From Candidatus Uhrbacteria bacterium (GTDB lineage Bacteria > Patescibacteriota > Patescibacteriia > UBA9934 > GWF2-40-263): a stretch of 64,000 bases of DNA. This document shows, piece after piece, positions 59,974-64,000 of this stretch (the first letter of the stretch is position 1; each line of letters opens with the position of its first letter). Location of the stretch: the NCBI GenBank assembly GCA_016219925.1, contig JACRJU010000015.1, positions 4,672 through 68,671 on the forward strand, written 5' to 3'. A model generated the notes under the pieces. The model saw only the letters and a program-made list of their open reading frames with translations, was not told where the DNA came from and did not search any database. A program made the position numbers and the translations under genes.

Positions 59974-61253
59974 AGTCATTTATCCAAAAGTGTCTCGTTC
60001 AAAAAGTTCACGGCTTGATTGCGAAGCATCAACCGATCATTATCGGTGTCACGGGTTCTGTGGGAAAAACATCAACGCGCGATGCCATTGCCGCTTTGTT
60101 GTCTTCCACTCATGATGTTGCCCCCAACATCAAAAATTACAACAACGAATTCGGACTGCCTCTGACAATTTTGGGGAAAGTTTCTCCCGGTCGCTCGGTG
60201 TTCGGCTGGCTGTCGTTGTTGCTGTCCTCGCCCAAGCGGCTCCATCAGGTTTATGTGTTGGAGTATGCCATTGATCACCCCGGCGATATGGATCACTTGT
60301 GTGAAATCGTGATGCCTACCGTAGCGGTCATGACACGCATCTCTCCGGTGCACGCTGAATTTTTTCGTTCCATCGAAGAGCTCGCCGAAGAAAAAGCCAA
60401 ATTGATTGCGTGCGTGCCGGAAGATGGTTTGGTGGTGCTCAATGCGGATGATCCGCGTGTCATAGGTTTGTCTGGACACGCGCAAGCGCCACATGTCACG
60501 TATGGATTTTCTTCTTCCGCGGATGTTCATGTGGTGGATTATGGCGTATGGACGCGCGATGATTTTTCGTTCAAGCCGGGCGAGCTGTTTTCAAAAATGT
60601 CGTTCGGGATTGTTCAGAACGAGGGCCGACTTGATATGGAAATCAAAAATGTGCTCGGACGCAACGTGGCCGGTTCGATGGCGGCGGCTGTGGCTGTGGC
60701 TCGTCATTTGGGCGTGAGTGATGCCGATGTGTTTGCGTCGATTCCAAAAGTCGTGTTCGAACCAGGACGGCTCAATCCGATTGCGGGCATCAAAGGCTCG
60801 CTCATTTTGGACGGCAGTTATAATGCGGCGCCAGCATCCATGCAGGCGGCGCTCGAAACACTCGCAGAATTTCACCCCGCACAAAACGCGCGTCGCATCG
60901 CCGTGCTTGGACACATGGCCGAGCTGGGTGCTTACACCGGGGAAGAGCACAGGCAAATCGGGTTTAAGGCCGCCGAGGTCGGAGTGGATGTGCTCGTCGT
61001 TGTTGGGGAAGTGGCCGATGGGATTCGCCACGGCGCCATCGAAGCCGGAATGTCGGAATCGACGGTTGAGTTTTTTTCAGACCCGGTGAGTGCCGGCCAC
61101 TGGCTTGACGCGCACGTGCATACAGGCGATATTGTTTTGGTGAAAGGATCGCAGAGCGCGCGCATGGAGAAGGTGGTGAAGGATCTGATGGCTGAACCTC
61201 TGCGTGCTCCTGATCTGCTTGTGCGGCAAGAATCTTATTGGTTAGAAACTTAA
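59970..61253 (+). CDS. murF: UDP-MurNAc-tripeptide--D-Ala-D-Ala ligase
   Basis: GSVGKTST, NNEFGLP, SYNAAP.SM, G.M.ELG, LVKGSQ. Confidence 0.93.
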   Translation: MKSFIQKCLVQKVHGLIAKHQPIIIGVTGSVGKTSTRDAIAALLSSTHDVAPNIKNYNNEFGLPLTILGKVSPGRSVFGWLSLLLSSPKRLHQVYVLEYAIDHPGDMDHLCEIVMPTVAVMTRISPVHAEFFRSIEELAEEKAKLIACVPEDGLVVLNADDPRVIGLSGHAQAPHVTYGFSSSADVHVVDYGVWTRDDFSFKPGELFSKMSFGIVQNEGRLDMEIKNVLGRNVAGSMAAAVAVARHLGVSDADVFASIPKVVFEPGRLNPIAGIKGSLILDGSYNAAPASMQAALETLAEFHPAQNARRIAVLGHMAELGAYTGEEHRQIGFKAAEVGVDVLVVVGEVADGIRHGAIEAGMSESTVEFFSDPVSAGHWLDAHVHTGDIVLVKGSQSARMEKVVKDLMAEPLRAPDLLVRQESYWLET

Positions 61254-61261
61254 TCTCATCT

Positions 61262-61849
61262 ATGGCGACACCAAAAAAGAAAGACGGCGCGGGAGGATTC
61301 AGTGTGACGATCATTTTTGTTTTAAGTATTGTCGTGCTGATTTTGATCTTTGTTCTGTTCTCACGCGATCAAGGCGCCAAGACGGTCGAGAAGACGCTCG
61401 CGAATCTCGCCACGACGAATCAAGAGCTTCAGAAGTCTCAACAAAAGGAGGCAATCAAACCACTTGCCGATCGGCTCAAAGATGCCAGTGTTGATCCCAA
61501 TAATGTGTGGATGATGGCGGATGGATGTAAAGAGCCCTATTGTTTGTTCATCAAGATTGCAACGGATGGCAAGGAGCCGGCCGTGGCAACCACGCGTGGA
61601 TTGGCGCGTTGGAAAGGGCGTTACGAGGATTATAAGGATAAGGGAGGCGCGGCGTGCGATGCGTTTATTCTCGAGGACAATACGGTGCACGCGATTGATA
61701 TGAGTTTGCTTGCGAGCCTCGAGCAGAAGTTGCTCAAGCAGTCGACGAATCAAGATCCGACACAGGTGAGCGTGTATGTGCGCGAGAATGATAAACCGGA
61801 AGATCCGTGTCATAATCCAGCCGTCGTGATGAACGTGCATTTCGAGTGA
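61262..61849 (+). CDS. Hypothetical single-TM protein
   Basis: N-terminal TM followed by a Cys-containing extracytoplasmic domain. Confidence 0.7.
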   Translation: MATPKKKDGAGGFSVTIIFVLSIVVLILIFVLFSRDQGAKTVEKTLANLATTNQELQKSQQKEAIKPLADRLKDASVDPNNVWMMADGCKEPYCLFIKIATDGKEPAVATTRGLARWKGRYEDYKDKGGAACDAFILEDNTVHAIDMSLLASLEQKLLKQSTNQDPTQVSVYVRENDKPEDPCHNPAVVMNVHFE

Positions 61850-61893
61850 TCTCTTGAATCAAGCGGTGGGATGTGTTATTCTGCCGCCGTCCC

Positions 61894-61968
61894 GGCCCCA
61901 TCGTCTAACGGTTAGGACGGCAGGTTCTCATCCTGCAAATCGGGGTTCGATTCCCCGTGGGGTCACCA
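61894..61968 (+). tRNA. tRNA-Glu(CTC)
   Basis: GGCCCCA acceptor stem, loop TTCTCAT, CCA. Confidence 0.95.
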
Positions 61969-62088
61969 CAAAAACCGGCTGGCTTTTGCCAGGCGGTTTT
62001 TGTGACCTATGGGAATCGAACGCGAAAGGATTCGTGGACGCGTCGTTTTCCACAAAAAACCGAATTTGTTATATTGTTCAGGTTGTTT

Positions 62089-63045
62089 ATGAATCGTATT
62101 CTAGAAACCACCAAGTTTGTCGTTGACCATGCCGATCATGTTCGCATCAACCACGATCGTTTGATTGAATTTGCCGGCACGTTTGATCATGGATCGGCAA
62201 CACATTGGTTGCAAGCCGCTCCGTTTGATTTCTCCCATTTTTCAGATGAAGAAAAGCTCCATTTCCTCTTTCTCTTTAATGTATTGAGTTTTTGCTATTG
62301 GGGAGAACCCAAGTGGACCGTTCACTATCAGAACAAAAAATATGATGGAGCTTGGGGAATGATTTTGGCGCTAGGACGTGCCATCGAAGAAGAAGGAGAT
62401 CTCCTTAATTTCGATACATGCTCACGGTTGCCCAAGGAGACTTTTGCGTCCGTTTTGCGCGGCGATGGAGAGATCCCTTTGTTTGAAGAACGATGGAGCA
62501 TCGTGCAAGAAGTCGGAAAAATCATGGTTGAACAATTCGATGGAAAAGTTTCTATCCTTTTGGCTCGAGCAGACGGAGACGCTCATATTCTATTGGATCT
62601 GATCGACAAGGCATTTCCTTCTTTTTTTGACGCGTCCATTTATAAGAATCAAACGATCTTTTTTCAAAAGCGCGCGCAGTTGTTTGTGGCGGACGTTTAT
62701 CAAATTTTTGATGGAAAAAGTTTTGGAGCACTTCAAAAGGTTGATCAAATTACTGCTTGTGCAGATTACAAACTTCCACAAATTCTCCGCAAGTTTGATA
62801 TTCTTCAATACACAAAAGCTCTTTCACAAAAAATAGACTCCCAACAGGAACTCCCGCACGGATCAGTAGAGGAAATCGAAATTAGAGCCCACACGATTTG
62901 GGCCGTAGAGCAACTAACAAATGAAATCAAAAAACGCCTGCCGCACATTCAGGCGTTTCAAGTGAACGATCATTTATGGCTCGCCACACAGGAAAAATTC
63001 TCTATTGATAAGCCATACCATCGCACACGAACGACAGCATATTAG
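62089..63045 (+). CDS. Queuosine salvage protein (DUF2419/QNG1 family)
   Basis: KRAQLFVAD, ADYKLPQIL, E.EIRA, D.LW, YHRTRTTAY C-terminus. Confidence 0.88.
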   Translation: MNRILETTKFVVDHADHVRINHDRLIEFAGTFDHGSATHWLQAAPFDFSHFSDEEKLHFLFLFNVLSFCYWGEPKWTVHYQNKKYDGAWGMILALGRAIEEEGDLLNFDTCSRLPKETFASVLRGDGEIPLFEERWSIVQEVGKIMVEQFDGKVSILLARADGDAHILLDLIDKAFPSFFDASIYKNQTIFFQKRAQLFVADVYQIFDGKSFGALQKVDQITACADYKLPQILRKFDILQYTKALSQKIDSQQELPHGSVEEIEIRAHTIWAVEQLTNEIKKRLPHIQAFQVNDHLWLATQEKFSIDKPYHRTRTTAY

Positions 63046-63071
63046 CCTCATAGTTGTGTTATACTATTTTT

Positions 63072-64000
63072 ATGCCCGTGGAGGAACTGTTTTTTGAAAT
63101 CGGAACCATCCTCGTTTTGGCGGCGTTTTTCTCGCTCGTGGTTTTTCGTTTTCGCCAGCCGCTCATTTTGGGATACATCATAACCGGCATCGTTGCCGGT
63201 CCGGGCGTACTCGCGCTGACGCATAACACGGAAGTGTTTGAAGTGATGTCGCAAATCGGTGTGGCGTTTTTGTTGTTCACGGTCGGGCTCGGTCTTAACT
63301 GGCGATCGCTCAAAGAAGTCGGCGGCATTTCGCTTGCAACGGGCGTTGGTCAAGTCCTTTTTACAACCGTGATCGGCATGGTGATCGGTCTGGGGCTTGG
63401 GTTTAATCTGGTTTCGAGCGTCTATCTGGCCGTCGCGTTTTCTTTTTCCTCTACGATCATCATCGTGAAGCTCCTTATGGATAAAGAAGAAATCGACACG
63501 CTCTATGGCCGCATCAGCGTAGGTTTTCTTCTCGTACAAGATTTCATCGCCATGTTGCTTTTGTTGGGCATTGCTTCGCTTACCGGCGGGGCGACTCCGG
63601 AGCAGGCGTTTGCTTCCGTTGTTCTCAAGGCTTTGATTCTTGTGCCGATTCTCTGGCTCGTTTCTGCCAAGCTGATTCCGCGTTTGCTTTCGTATGTTGC
63701 GCGATCGCAGGAGATGCTGTTTATTTTTTCCGTTGCGTGGTGTTTTTTGGTCGCTGGGATTTTGGTGATGTTCGGTTTTGGAATGGAGATCGGGGCGCTC
63801 ATCGCCGGCATTGCTCTTTCCAGTTCAGTCTATCAGCGCGAAATCAGCGCGCGCGTCCGGCCGCTACGCGATTTTTTCTTGATCATCTTCTTTATCGTTC
63901 TCGGTACTCGTCTTGGCTTTGAACACGCCAGCGTGCTTCTGATTCCAACGATCATTTTCAGCTTATCTATCCTGATTGGTCATCCGCTCATCGTCCTTTT
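63072..64000 (+). CDS. Cation:proton antiporter (CPA2/Kef-like), truncated by the window end
   Basis: QPLILGYIITG..GP, FSSTIIIVKLL, QDF, GALIAG, PLRDFFL (read by eye; not in the ORF track). Confidence 0.88.
   Translation, partial: MPVEELFFEIGTILVLAAFFSLVVFRFRQPLILGYIITGIVAGPGVLALTHNTEVFEVMSQIGVAFLLFTVGLGLNWRSLKEVGGISLATGVGQVLFTTVIGMVIGLGLGFNLVSSVYLAVAFSFSSTIIIVKLLMDKEEIDTLYGRISVGFLLVQDFIAMLLLLGIASLTGGATPEQAFASVVLKALILVPILWLVSAKLIPRLLSYVARSQEMLFIFSVAWCFLVAGILVMFGFGMEIGALIAGIALSSSVYQREISARVRPLRDFFLIIFFIVLGTRLGFEHASVLLIPTIIFSLSILIGHPLIVL

Overview
A 64-kb housekeeping-rich bacterial chromosome segment using genetic code 11, about 50% GC, with most genes on the + strand. Few Shine-Dalgarno sites, compact uvrA/uvrC and a fragmented dcw cluster suggest a Patescibacteria/CPR genome (inference). 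It encodes pyrD-gpsA-glpK, a copper operon, pyrG, tdk, rplI, rpmA, cell-wall/division genes (mraY, ftsW, murG, murD, murE, ftsE, ftsX, mraZ, rsmH, ftsL-like, PBP, murF), uvrB/A/C, cysS, mgtE and seven tRNAs. No integrase, transposase, reverse transcriptase or CRISPR array was seen. The most unusual signal is non-coding: a conserved 35-nt core occurs four times, each time as the loop of a 14-21-bp stem whose sequence varies between copies. Other palindromic elements include a 143-bp element present twice, a REP-like unit inserted in frame in a protein and a 182-bp TATAG...CTATA MITE-like rod. Other oddities are two diverged tandem orphan paralogs with a 129-bp identical 3' end (one frameshifted, with a highly structured leader), a cysS with an AT-rich middle carrying a Cys-rich insert, a translin/TRAX gene, 2H-DHH/MYG1-like and NUDIX-CobO fusions, and a QNG1-type queuosine salvage gene. 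All calls were made by eye, without database searches.
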